DNA from: an uncultured candidate division Zixibacteria bacterium
GTDB lineage: Bacteria; Zixibacteria; MSB-5A5; UBA10806; 4484-95
Reading direction: 5' to 3'
Assembly: GCA_963668625.2 (NCBI GenBank)
Contig: CAXXKA010000001.1
Location: 480,001-544,000 of the forward strand
DNA: 64,000 nt
Below the pieces are notes generated by a model. It did not search any database and was not told where the DNA came from. It worked only from the letters and a program-made list of their open reading frames with translations. Shown one piece after another: positions 48,396-57,420 of the stretch. The position numbers and the translations under genes were made by a program. How positions within the stretch are numbered: position 1 is the stretch's first letter; every line of letters starts with the position of its first letter.

Positions 48396-49874
48396 TTATT
48401 TCATCAAAACCATCTTCTCAGTCCGGGTATGTTCGCCGGTTGTTAGCTTATAGAAATACACCCCCGAGGGCAGATCACCGGCATGCCATACCGCCTGATG
48501 ATGCCCCGCCGGCTGAGTGGTGCTAATCAGCATTTCTATTTTTCGACCAAGTATATCATATATCTCAAGCGAGATATCCGCCTTCTCCGGTAGATCGTAG
48601 CTGATCGTGGTCGAGGCGTTGAATGGGTTAGGGTAGCTGGTGGTTGTGAGGCAAGGGAGAGGGGAACTGGTTTCGTCGATACCTACTGTTTCCTCGGCTT
48701 TATAGATGTAAACCATGTTCCGATATAGGAAGAAAAACTCATCGGTACCATCATCATCGATGTCCTCGAAATGAAATGGTGAATTCATAAATGAATTGAT
48801 ATCGAATATCTCCCCATACAATGATAAATCGGAATTTAAAGCTACCGGGATATAGTATTCGTTATAGGTAAATATTTTAACTTCATTATTAAATATGAAG
48901 AATTTTGCGTTGTAGTCATCCTCAAGAAATAATTGGCAACTGACAAAGGAGGTACTATCGAAAATATTGTCATATACAATTAGAGTTTTGTCGTAGGAAT
49001 CTGGTTCCGACATTAAGTAAAGCTGCATTGGTGGTGTGTTTTGATCCTGCTGAAACATGTCAGCTTTAACATCAAGATGACAATAGTCATTATGATAGAT
49101 TTCGTATGAATAATCTATTCCCTGGTTTTCCGACATTATGATAGCCTTAGCATAATAATCATAATACCATATCCAGGGATCAACCCAACTCATCTCCTCG
49201 TGATAGTAATCACCTATGTGAAGAAGGTAATACTCGCCATTGTAAACGAATTCCTCATTGTTGATATAGCGGCCGCATTCGCGGAAATAATTATCATGAT
49301 TATGTTCATCAACTGAGTAAATTTCACCGTAATAATATGCCTCTCCTATATCAACCGCCCAACCATTGCAGCAATGCACATAAATTTTGTCAATGCCATT
49401 TAGATACCCTATATTATAAGAATTCCACCAACTGTAATCCCAATTTCCTGGTGACGATAAATATACATTAGTTAGGTAATCCATATGTACATTGGGAGGT
49501 TCAACCCAATAGATTGAATAAACATAGAAATCGTTAGTATTAACAGCATATAGCCTCCAAATATCCTCTGACTCAAGATGTACAATATTCGTAAGGTATT
49601 CAGTATCCCAGAAATCGCTTTGCCATATAGTTTCACCCGAATATCCATCAATAATGTTGGCGATATTATTATAATGGTAACGATCGCCATAGTAAAAATA
49701 ATCAGGATACTCATCGTTATTGTAATTAATAACGTCAAGTCCTACTGGATTTGATATGGGGAGCTCAAGTGAATCGTAAGGTACCAATTGAATTGCCGGA
49801 TTTTGAGCAAAAGAAATTTCTGCTATAAATACTAGAAACAAAACAATAAATAACCATTTTATATATCTGTTCAT
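48396..49874 (-). CDS. Secreted Tyr/Asn/Asp-rich FG-GAP-like protein with secretion CTD
   Basis: Signal peptide; NYNNDEYPD, DIDDDGTDE; SYPNPFNAST...KMVLMK. Confidence 0.82.
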   Translation of the reverse strand: MNRYIKWLFIVLFLVFIAEISFAQNPAIQLVPYDSLELPISNPVGLDVINYNNDEYPDYFYYGDRYHYNNIANIIDGYSGETIWQSDFWDTEYLTNIVHLESEDIWRLYAVNTNDFYVYSIYWVEPPNVHMDYLTNVYLSSPGNWDYSWWNSYNIGYLNGIDKIYVHCCNGWAVDIGEAYYYGEIYSVDEHNHDNYFRECGRYINNEEFVYNGEYYLLHIGDYYHEEMSWVDPWIWYYDYYAKAIIMSENQGIDYSYEIYHNDYCHLDVKADMFQQDQNTPPMQLYLMSEPDSYDKTLIVYDNIFDSTSFVSCQLFLEDDYNAKFFIFNNEVKIFTYNEYYIPVALNSDLSLYGEIFDINSFMNSPFHFEDIDDDGTDEFFFLYRNMVYIYKAEETVGIDETSSPLPCLTTTSYPNPFNASTTISYDLPEKADISLEIYDILGRKIEMLISTTQPAGHHQAVWHAGDLPSGVYFYKLTTGEHTRTEKMVLMK

Positions 49875-49944
49875 AAATTCCTCCCTGGAAAGTATGATGT
49901 ACTAATATAGAATATAAATTAACAAAATATATAGATTTGCCAAC

Positions 49945-49974
49945 AAAAAATCCCCCGCCCGAAAGGGCAGGGGA
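49945..49974 (-). terminator. Terminator after aprA
   Basis: Minus ATCCCCTGCCC-tttc-GGGCGGGGGAT followed by a T run. Confidence 0.75.
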
Positions 49975-50007
49975 TAGGATATCCAAAAATGAATGATCTA
50001 TCTGAGA

Positions 50008-51930
50008 TCAGCCACCCAGAAGCTCGTGCTCCTGAGCCTGAGGATAGACATGCAGCATCGGGCGTTTGGTCATTTCCCATTCGCCGGAACCTGGATTCCA
50101 GGTACAGTTGGCGAATACGTGCCAGTCGTTCTCATCCATGGTCGGGAAGTCGGCGCGACGGTAGTAACCGGGCCAACGAGTCTCTTCACGGAAGAGGATG
50201 GTACGGGTATGGGCCTCAGCCTGCCACATACGCTGGACATTCTCCCAGCAGCGAAGCAGTTCGTGCAGATCCTTGGCAGCCAGCTTGTCGGAGTCTTCTT
50301 TCAAGAAGACGAGCAGTTCGAGAGCTTTGTCGAGCATGGCTTTGTTGGTGCAGAATTGAGCGGAGACGCCACCAACATACTCATCCATGATTTTCTGCAA
50401 GCGGAACATGAACATCTTCGGTTTGATGTAGTTCGGGTTGGTCTCAGGATCGGTGGTATATTTGGCGTTAGCTTCGTAAGTATCCAGAGGCTTTAAGATC
50501 TCTTTCTTGTACTCTTCGGCTTTGGCCATATCGAAATTCGGCATGGAGTTATTGTCTGTGATGAACTTGACGGCGGCTTTACCCACAATACGACCCTCGG
50601 CGTGCGAGCCGGAGGAGAACTTGTGAGAGGAGGCACCGGAGGCATCACCGGCACAGAACAGACCCTTGACGGTCGACATGTGGTCGTAACCCCAGAAATA
50701 CTCGCTCTTGGTTTCGGCAGACTGTAAGTCTTCCGGACCGGAAACCCAGGCGCCTGAGGCACCGGAGTGCGAACCGATGAAATACGGCTCGGCAGCGGCG
50801 ATCTCGGAGGATTTCTTTTCGGGCTCTACATTGGAGGCGGCCCAGAGGATAGCCTGGGAGATAGTCATGTCAAGGAAGTCTTCCCATGCTTCAGCTTCCA
50901 GCTCTTTCAATTTTTTCTTGGCGGCTTTCTCGTCACCGGCTTCGGCGGCAATCTTCTGGATGGCTTCATCCGTACGCATGAAGATCGGACCTTTGCCTTC
51001 CATGGTGTCGAGCATGCCCAGCCAGTTACGCAGGTTGGCCGGAATCGGTTTTACCAAACCGTAAGGTTTCCAGTTCTCGAGCTCGGGACGACGCTCGATC
51101 ATATAGTTACCACCCATGGCGTTGGTAGCGGCTGATTTAAACAGCAGGAACCAGGCGCCGACAGGGCCATAAGCATCTTTAAAACGAACCGGGATGAAAC
51201 GGACTTCCTGGGAAGTCATCTCAGCGCCGGCGCGCAGGGTGAAGTAAGCGGAGGAGCCGGAGTTCCACGGGGGATACCAGGCGCGACCGAGACCCTCACC
51301 TGAGGAACGCGGTTTGAATACGTGAACAGCGCCGCCCATCGCGCAGATGGTGGCTTTGGCTTTGAAGATATAGAACTTGTTCTCGCGGGTCGAGAAACCA
51401 ACAGCGCCGGCAATGCGGTCGCCGTCAACAATCGGCTCGACGATGAAAACGCGTTCGAAGTATTCGCCACCGGACTCGGCCAATGCATTCTTGGCGGCCT
51501 CAGCGACGATAACTTTGTAGGACTCACCGTTGATCATGAGCTGCCAGCGACCCTCGTGCACGAAGTTGCCATCGGCATCTTTCCAGATCGGCAGACCCCA
51601 TTTTTCGAACAGGTGAACGGAGGAGTCAACGTGACGGGCGATATTGGCAACGAGATCCTCGCGGACAATACCCATCAAGTCCATGCGGACATAGTCGACA
51701 TAATCTTTTACGGTGTTTTTACCAGAGGTAATATCAACATACTGGTTGATAGCCGAAAGGCCCATGGCAACGGCGCCGGAGCGATCCATCGCAGCTTTAT
51801 CAACCAAGGTCACTTTAAGACCGTTTTTCTTAGCCCAGTAGGCGGCTTCCACGGCAGCGCCGCAAGAGGCCATACCACCACCAAGAATCAACAGGTCGGT
51901 GGTGACTTCTACATTTTCGAAATTCGCCAT
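50008..51930 (-). CDS. aprA: Adenylylsulfate reductase alpha subunit
   Basis: RSGAVAMGLSAIN, WQLMINGESYK, RFKDAYGPVGAWFLLFK, HKFSSGSHAEGR, EETRWPGYY. Confidence 0.98.
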   Translation of the reverse strand: MANFENVEVTTDLLILGGGMASCGAAVEAAYWAKKNGLKVTLVDKAAMDRSGAVAMGLSAINQYVDITSGKNTVKDYVDYVRMDLMGIVREDLVANIARHVDSSVHLFEKWGLPIWKDADGNFVHEGRWQLMINGESYKVIVAEAAKNALAESGGEYFERVFIVEPIVDGDRIAGAVGFSTRENKFYIFKAKATICAMGGAVHVFKPRSSGEGLGRAWYPPWNSGSSAYFTLRAGAEMTSQEVRFIPVRFKDAYGPVGAWFLLFKSAATNAMGGNYMIERRPELENWKPYGLVKPIPANLRNWLGMLDTMEGKGPIFMRTDEAIQKIAAEAGDEKAAKKKLKELEAEAWEDFLDMTISQAILWAASNVEPEKKSSEIAAAEPYFIGSHSGASGAWVSGPEDLQSAETKSEYFWGYDHMSTVKGLFCAGDASGASSHKFSSGSHAEGRIVGKAAVKFITDNNSMPNFDMAKAEEYKKEILKPLDTYEANAKYTTDPETNPNYIKPKMFMFRLQKIMDEYVGGVSAQFCTNKAMLDKALELLVFLKEDSDKLAAKDLHELLRCWENVQRMWQAEAHTRTILFREETRWPGYYRRADFPTMDENDWHVFANCTWNPGSGEWEMTKRPMLHVYPQAQEHELLGG

Positions 51931-51952
51931 TTTTACAGTTTTCCTTCCCGTA

Positions 51953-52393
51953 TTAATTGATGGTGTAAAGCTTATCCAGTCTCAGAGCTTCGGGCTCCTG
52001 AGCCAGAATTTGGTCGTTCAAGTTATCATGAGCGGTTCCATAACCACCACTCGGTACGGCTTTGCCTTCCTCAGTGGTTCTGATCGGGAATTTAAAGCGT
52101 TTGAGCATTCCATTACGGAATTTAACCGTCCACATGATACTATCGGTCGAGCGCATCGGAGTGACAGCAGCATTCATCGGTACGAAATCTGCGTATCCGC
52201 GGATCTCGATAGCCTGCACCGGGCAGATTTTTACGCAGCTGTAGCATTCCCAGCACATTTCCGGTTCCTGATTGTAAGCTTTCATTTGCTCTTTGTTCAG
52301 AACCATCAAGTCGTTGGGGCAGATGTACTGGCAAGCAGTCTTGTCCAGAGCTTTACATCCGTCGCATTTATCAACGATTACGTAACTTGGCAT
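51953..52393 (-). CDS. aprB: Adenylylsulfate reductase beta subunit
   Basis: CDGCK...CQYICP, CWECYSCVKICP, RGYADF, KRFKFPIRTT. Confidence 0.98.
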   Translation of the reverse strand: MPSYVIVDKCDGCKALDKTACQYICPNDLMVLNKEQMKAYNQEPEMCWECYSCVKICPVQAIEIRGYADFVPMNAAVTPMRSTDSIMWTVKFRNGMLKRFKFPIRTTEEGKAVPSGGYGTAHDNLNDQILAQEPEALRLDKLYTIN

Positions 52394-52438
52394 CCTACCT
52401 CCTTAGTAGATTAAACCTTCGTTATCTGTATTCTTTAT

Positions 52439-53671
52439 TTATTTCTTTTTCGTATCAGCGTCACCGGTAGCATGGCCGTGCATTTTGACCTCGACCTTGT
52501 CAGCATCACCTAAACCGGCATAGTACTCACGCAAAATCTTCAAGACTTCCGCGCGACTGAATTCGGCCGGAACATCGCCGCCCTCTGATAAGGCTTTGCG
52601 AAGAGCAGTGCCGGAGAGGAACAAACGATCCTCTTTCTTGTGCGGGCAGGTTTTCATTGAGGCCATACCGCCGCATTTATAGCACCAGAAAGTCCAGTCG
52701 ATCGGCAGCATCTTGCACTCTAAAGCGCCTTCCCATAGATTATGGTAGATTTCCTGAGCATCGAACGGGCCGTAGTAGTCACCAACACCGGCGTGGTCGC
52801 GGCCGATAATCATGTGGCTACAGCCGAAGTTCTGGCGGAACAGGCCGTGAAGCAGGCCCTCGCGCGGACCGGCATAGCGCATATCCAGGGGATAGCCACC
52901 GGTTACCACACGGTTCTTATCGAAATAATACTCAACCAGGGTATTGATGCAGTTGACGCGAACGTCAGCCGGAATATCGCCGGGTTTGAGTTTGCCGACT
53001 AACTGATGAATGAACAGACCGTCGGAAACCTCTAAAGCGATCTTGGCCAGATACTCGTGCGAACGATGCATCGGGTTACGAAGCTGTAAGGCGGCTATGG
53101 TTTTCCAGCCCTTTTCCTCGAAAATCTTGCGGCTTTCGGCAGGACGCATATAAATGTCGCCGAATTCTTTCGGGAAATAGCTCTCGGAAAGCACTTTCAC
53201 CGGACCAGCAATGTTCCAGGCTTTCTGAGCGTTTACCATCTTGACACCGGGGTGATCTTCATCGGTGGTGGTGTAGACGTGCTTGTTTTCGAAATCTTTG
53301 TCGATCTGGTAAGATTCGGTCACTTTCATCGTGCCCATAATCTCATCGGTCTCACCGGAAATAAGGCAGATCTCGGTACCCGGATCGAGCTTCTCATCAT
53401 GGGAAAGGGTTACGGGAATCGGCCAGAAGACACCGTTGGTCATCTTCATCTCGGCACAAACGCCCTTCCAGTCGTCGTGGCCCATAAAGCCTTCGAGAGG
53501 AGTAAAACCGCCAATACCCATCATGATAAGATCACCGGTTTCACGCGATGACATCACGATTTTAGGAAGCGATGCAGCTTTTTTCAATTCTTCTTCTTTA
53601 GCCTTGCCCTCAAGAAGGAGAATCTTTAACTCATCACTGCCATGCGGCTTAATAAGATTTGATTTAGCCAT
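52439..53671 (-). CDS. sat: Sulfate adenylyltransferase
   Basis: [39 protein letters not shown]...TCPH. Confidence 0.98.
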   Translation of the reverse strand: MAKSNLIKPHGSDELKILLLEGKAKEEELKKAASLPKIVMSSRETGDLIMMGIGGFTPLEGFMGHDDWKGVCAEMKMTNGVFWPIPVTLSHDEKLDPGTEICLISGETDEIMGTMKVTESYQIDKDFENKHVYTTTDEDHPGVKMVNAQKAWNIAGPVKVLSESYFPKEFGDIYMRPAESRKIFEEKGWKTIAALQLRNPMHRSHEYLAKIALEVSDGLFIHQLVGKLKPGDIPADVRVNCINTLVEYYFDKNRVVTGGYPLDMRYAGPREGLLHGLFRQNFGCSHMIIGRDHAGVGDYYGPFDAQEIYHNLWEGALECKMLPIDWTFWCYKCGGMASMKTCPHKKEDRLFLSGTALRKALSEGGDVPAEFSRAEVLKILREYYAGLGDADKVEVKMHGHATGDADTKKK

Positions 53672-53745
53672 AATTCAGTCCTATTTATTTAAAGTTCAAA
53701 ATTAAGAACATTCTTTTTTCAAAATCTCCTATACAGTTCGGCAAG

Positions 53746-53774
53746 AAAGTAACTTTTTTCACAAGCGGTGTCAA
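53746..53774 (-). promoter_or_regulatory. Putative sat promoter overlapping a Rex-like box
   Basis: Minus TTGACA (53769-53774), 17 nt, TACTTT; TTGTGAA-AAAA-GTTACTT at 53747-53764. Confidence 0.55.
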
Positions 53775-53983
53775 GAAAAAAAGGACATATTATTTAAAAA
53801 ATTTAAAATCAATATTGGAATATTAGTGCGTATTTAGATATTAGATAATAAGTTGAATAGTTTCAAAATGATAAATATATATAGTATGGGGACTATAATA
53901 TACAATAATCCATTACCCAATAATTAAGTAGACTTGCCTAATTTTAGTTATCTTTTGGATTGTTGTTGAGAATACCTTACAGT

Positions 53984-54036
53984 TTGTGAATTAATTAACA
54001 AAATTGCTTGACTTAATGTTACATGCAATATACTAT
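53984..54036 (+). promoter_or_regulatory. qmoC sigma70 promoter with upstream Rex-like box
   Basis: TTGTGAA-TTAA-TTAACAA (13/14) at 53984-54001; TTGACT (54008-54013), 17 nt, TACTAT (54031-54036). Confidence 0.7.
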
Positions 54037-54111
54037 TCAACCGATTAAAATTGAGGATAACTACGGTTTGCCGATATTGATGTAAATCGGTTTAAAAACA
54101 AGGGAGTTGTA

Positions 54112-55296
54112 ATGGCAGAAGCACGCGCCATAGCGCCCGATCCCGGGTTCGTAAAAGAGATTAAGAGGCTCGGCGGCAATAGCGTTAAAAAATGCTACCA
54201 GTGTGCGACTTGCTCGGTAGTATGCAATCTCTCGCCGGAAATCACACCTTTCCCGCGAAAAGAAATGATACTGGCTCAATGGGGCCAAATAGATAAACTG
54301 GTGAAAGACCCCGATGTATGGCTGTGCTATCAGTGCAACGACTGCACCACTCATTGCCCGCGAGATGCCCGTCCGGGGGATGTCTTAGCGGCGATTCGTT
54401 CTTATATATATAAGCACTACTCGTTCCCGTCCTTCATGGGCAAAGCTCTGGCAAATCCCAAAGCCCTGCCGATACTGGTGCTTTTACCGGCTATTATACT
54501 TTTTGCCATGATGTCCATGTTTGCCCCGGATGCCAACGGCGATGGTATAAAAGATTTCATGCAAGCCTCCGTTCCGGATTTTAACCTGTTTTTGCCTCAT
54601 AGCTCCGTGGATGCCTTATTCGTGCTCGGCAACATTATCATCTTCCTTTTTGCCGCGATAGGCTTCATCAAGTTCTGGAAAGGGTTACAGATACCGGGGG
54701 CTGATAAAAAGAAAGGATTTATCCCGGCCGCTATAGAGGTGGCGATGGAAATCCTAAAACACGGCAATTTCAGTCAGTGCGAGGCCAACAAAGCCCGCTA
54801 CTGGGGACATATGATGTTGCTCTATGGCTTCATTAGCGCCATGATCACTACCGGCGCGGTATTCGTATTCATATTCATACCGCATTATCTACACCTGCTG
54901 GGCATGGAAAGCCTTCATGCGTTTTTCGAGTTACCCATCGAGATGCCGCATCCGGTCAAGTGGATCGGCGCAATCGGCGGTATGGGCTTGATGATCGGTG
55001 GCGCGATGCTTATCATCCGCAGATGGATGAACAAGGATAACGTAGGCGCCAATGGCTACACCGATTACCTGTTCCTGTATATCATATTTTTAACCGGTGT
55101 GACCGGTATGTTTAGCTGGTTGATTCGTGCCGGCGGTTGGGCGATGGCTGCGTATGTGACCTATTTCATACACATGGTATTCGTATTCATGCTGTTGTGG
55201 TACATGCCGTACTCCAAGTTCGCCCACATGATTTACCGCACCCTGGCCCTGATTTACGCCCGCATGATAGGTCGTCAGGCTAGAGCTAGATTTTAG
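54112..55296 (+). CDS. qmoC: QmoC (HdrC/HdrE-like membrane subunit)
   Basis: KCYQCATCSVVC...FPRKEM..AQWG...WLCYQCNDC...CPR.ARPGDVL; TM domain with HPVK and YMPYSKFAH. Confidence 0.95.
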   Translation: MAEARAIAPDPGFVKEIKRLGGNSVKKCYQCATCSVVCNLSPEITPFPRKEMILAQWGQIDKLVKDPDVWLCYQCNDCTTHCPRDARPGDVLAAIRSYIYKHYSFPSFMGKALANPKALPILVLLPAIILFAMMSMFAPDANGDGIKDFMQASVPDFNLFLPHSSVDALFVLGNIIIFLFAAIGFIKFWKGLQIPGADKKKGFIPAAIEVAMEILKHGNFSQCEANKARYWGHMMLLYGFISAMITTGAVFVFIFIPHYLHLLGMESLHAFFELPIEMPHPVKWIGAIGGMGLMIGGAMLIIRRWMNKDNVGANGYTDYLFLYIIFLTGVTGMFSWLIRAGGWAMAAYVTYFIHMVFVFMLLWYMPYSKFAHMIYRTLALIYARMIGRQARARF

Positions 55297-55321
55297 TTTA
55301 GGCATCTCAGATAGAATTTAC

Positions 55322-55355
55322 AGCCGCCGTGGTGAAAGCCGCGGCGGTTTTTTTT
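55322..55355 (+). terminator. Terminator after qmoC
   Basis: AGCCGCCGTGG-tgaaag-CCGCGGCGGTT followed by a T run. Confidence 0.8.
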
Positions 55356-55367
55356 GTGGGTGGGGCC

Positions 55368-55434
55368 GTAGGTCGGTGAGCTGTAGCTCCCGACACGGGG
55401 TGGGGAAGCCCGATTGATGCGAGCAGATCCTCAT
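55368..55434 (+). repeat. REP / left half of a REPIN
   Basis: GTAG-GTCGG.GAGC-tgta-GCTC.CCGAC plus spacer, nearly identical to 57111 onward. Confidence 0.85.
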
Positions 55435-55565
55435 TTGTAACGGTTTTTATTATAAGATATAACACTCTATTTAGTATTGTGCTTGCAATCGTAAAATGAA
55501 TATAGTTAAATATAGGTAATTAGCTATAACTATATCCTTAGTTAAATTCATCAATTTAAAGGGCA

Positions 55566-56387
55566 GTGATTGTGCTAATTAAATTTGTAGATTATGATAG
55601 TATTCCGCAGAGACTATATAATAGACTTAGTGAAGAGATTTTTAATTATTCGATTTCTATACTTGGATTATATGAAAAAGGTAATAAACCCGTGTCTCAA
55701 TTGATAGGTTCAGGTACATTGGTAAAATACAAGCAAATGAAGGGAATATTGACTGCTAAGCATGTCGTCGATTCAGTATTATTTAAAAAATCAGTAGGCA
55801 TTGGATTTGTCTATAAATCCCGAGGACATTGTCCAAGAGTGCTTAAAAGTGATTTAATAATTGAAAGATCTAAAAACAAAAAATGTGATATTGCATTCAT
55901 ACACCTTCCATTAAATCTAATTGGTTGGATTGAAGCAGGAAGAGAATTCTGGAATCTTGAACTAAACTCAGGTAGGGTGTTAAATAATGATTATCTAAAT
56001 GATGGTATATGGATTATTAGTGGTGCTATTGCTGAAAATGTAAAAGAGAAGCAGAGTGAAGGAAGATTTAAAACAAATTATATTATAGAAAATAAAATAT
56101 GGTTGTGTGAGTTTGAAAAAGAAATCCAAAACGAAGGATGCGATAAGATTGATGTCCTGATTGAATTTTTGAAAGTGGGATATCTCCCTGATAGTTTTGG
56201 CGGAACAAGTGGCGGAAGTTTATGGCAGATTCCTATCGATCTTAAGGGGGAGGTTATATTTAAAGTAAAAGATTTTTTATATACAGGGATCCCTTTCTAT
56301 CAAGAATTTGAAAGTGCCAAAAAAGTAAGAATCAAATGTGAAGGAAGAAATAGTATATATAAAAATGCTCTTGAGTTATTAAGTTAA
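55566..56387 (+). CDS. Cytoplasmic trypsin-like serine protease domain protein (AT-rich)
   Basis: GSGTLV, ILTAKHV (His), DIAFI (Asp), GGTSGGSLW (Ser); no signal peptide. Confidence 0.7.
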   Translation: MIVLIKFVDYDSIPQRLYNRLSEEIFNYSISILGLYEKGNKPVSQLIGSGTLVKYKQMKGILTAKHVVDSVLFKKSVGIGFVYKSRGHCPRVLKSDLIIERSKNKKCDIAFIHLPLNLIGWIEAGREFWNLELNSGRVLNNDYLNDGIWIISGAIAENVKEKQSEGRFKTNYIIENKIWLCEFEKEIQNEGCDKIDVLIEFLKVGYLPDSFGGTSGGSLWQIPIDLKGEVIFKVKDFLYTGIPFYQEFESAKKVRIKCEGRNSIYKNALELLS

Positions 56388-56469
56388 TTTATCAAATATA
56401 AGAATAAAAGGAATACCGTGGCGTAAGTAAGCAAGCCATATCCCGAAGAGATAGGCGGAGAAGACTGCA

Positions 56470-56528
56470 TGATACAAGCAGATCCCCATCGCCTTGCGGC
56501 TCCTCAGGAGCTACAGCTCCTGAGCTAC
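56470..56528 (-). repeat. REP / right half of a REPIN
   Basis: Minus GTAG-CTCAGGAGC-tgta-GCTCCTGAG; matches 57158-57215. Confidence 0.85.
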
Positions 56529-56536
56529 TCGCGGCA

Positions 56537-57040
56537 TCATTCTCCGAATTCGCCATCAAGATTGTCGAGTTCTATCGCTCCCCAGTCTCTTGTGTAAACT
56601 CCATCCGCTATGTATTCATGTATTGAGGAATACTGCCAATCACATGGCCGCGATACTAAACCATGTTTGACTGGATTATAATGAATGTAATTAATGTGAT
56701 TATTTAGATCATCCTGGTCTCTAATTATATGATCCCAGAATCGGTTTTGCCACACTCTTCCGCTATTCATGTTCATTTTAACACGATATAACACTCCGAA
56801 ACTCATTTTGATTTTCTGCAAAATCTTTGAGGGATTTTTATTACCGGCCTCAAGAATAATATGAAAATGATCAGGTAAAATAACTCTAGCTAACAAGCTA
56901 AATTGTGATGATTGGAAAGTGTTACTAATAGCTTTGTTTAAAATATCTATATTATCAATAAGGATTGGATTTCTATTATAAGTTACATTCGTGATAAAAC
57001 AAATATCATCTGGTTTAAAATATCGTTTAATCTTGGTCAT
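56537..57040 (-). CDS. REP-associated tyrosine transposase (RAYT, Y1 HuH family)
   Basis: FITNVT..R, VILPDHFH (HuH), WQNRFWDHIIRD, INYIHYNPVKHGLV, WQYSS; flanked by GTAG REPs. Confidence 0.92.
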   Translation of the reverse strand: MTKIKRYFKPDDICFITNVTYNRNPILIDNIDILNKAISNTFQSSQFSLLARVILPDHFHIILEAGNKNPSKILQKIKMSFGVLYRVKMNMNSGRVWQNRFWDHIIRDQDDLNNHINYIHYNPVKHGLVSRPCDWQYSSIHEYIADGVYTRDWGAIELDNLDGEFGE

Positions 57041-57110
57041 GTCGAATTATAATTACATAATTATTGGAAAGCAAGCGTAAATAGCAGCATAATAGCAATA
57101 TGGGTGGGGC

Positions 57111-57215
57111 GTAGGTCGGCGAGCTGTAGCTCCCGACACGGGGTGGGGAAGCCCGGTTGATACGAGCAGCTCCCATCGCCTTGTGGCTCCTCAGGAGCTA
57201 CAGCTCCTGAGCTGC
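57111..57215. repeat. Complete REPIN (inverted REP doublet)
   Basis: GTAGGTCGGCGAGCTGTAGCTCCCGAC...CTCAGGAGCTACAGCTCCTGAGCTGC. Confidence 0.88.
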
Positions 57216-57420
57216 TCAGAGAGAAAACCAAATCGAATTATTGACAAATATCGACCCATAGAGTATCATACCGATGTATTGAATGCCGGTTTTCATGACG
57301 AACTAAAAAGGATGATACTTGTCAAATAAACCACCCGGGATTACTCAGAACATTCATTTCCAGAGATTACTATCTAATAGCATATTTATAATCGAATTTA
57401 ATATTAATTAAGGAGATCAT

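Larger units (their letters stand above)
43738..48683 (-). repeat. Three near-identical ~240-290-bp CTD-coding repeats (43738-44025, 46925-47164, 48396-48683)
   Basis: Long shared DNA tracts such as GCGAGATATCCGCCTTCTCCGGTAGATCGTAGCTGATCGTGGTCGAGGCGTTGAATGGGTTAGGGTA in all three. Confidence 0.9.

Noticed and set aside
43738-48683. CTD repeats as diversity-generating retroelement TR/VR pairs
   Set aside because: Differences come as block substitutions rather than adenine-specific changes; all copies are in-frame gene ends; no reverse transcriptase in the window
42285-49996. Similar terminator-flanking sequences after YkgJ (about 42285) and aprA (about 49942) as att-like direct repeats
   Set aside because: Similarity is limited to AACAAAAAATCC and a generic G/C stem, which terminator composition explains
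12671-54354. Many antisense and alternate-frame ORFs overlapping hem, dsr, qmo, apr and sat genes
   Set aside because: Shadow ORFs of well-supported conserved genes; no motifs or RBS
56537-57040. RAYT or the IS256 relic as the mobiliser of the 255-bp MITE
   Set aside because: HuH enzymes do not generate 9-bp TSDs with TIRs; the IS256 is deleted and its ends do not match CACTA(G/C)TGTCCGG
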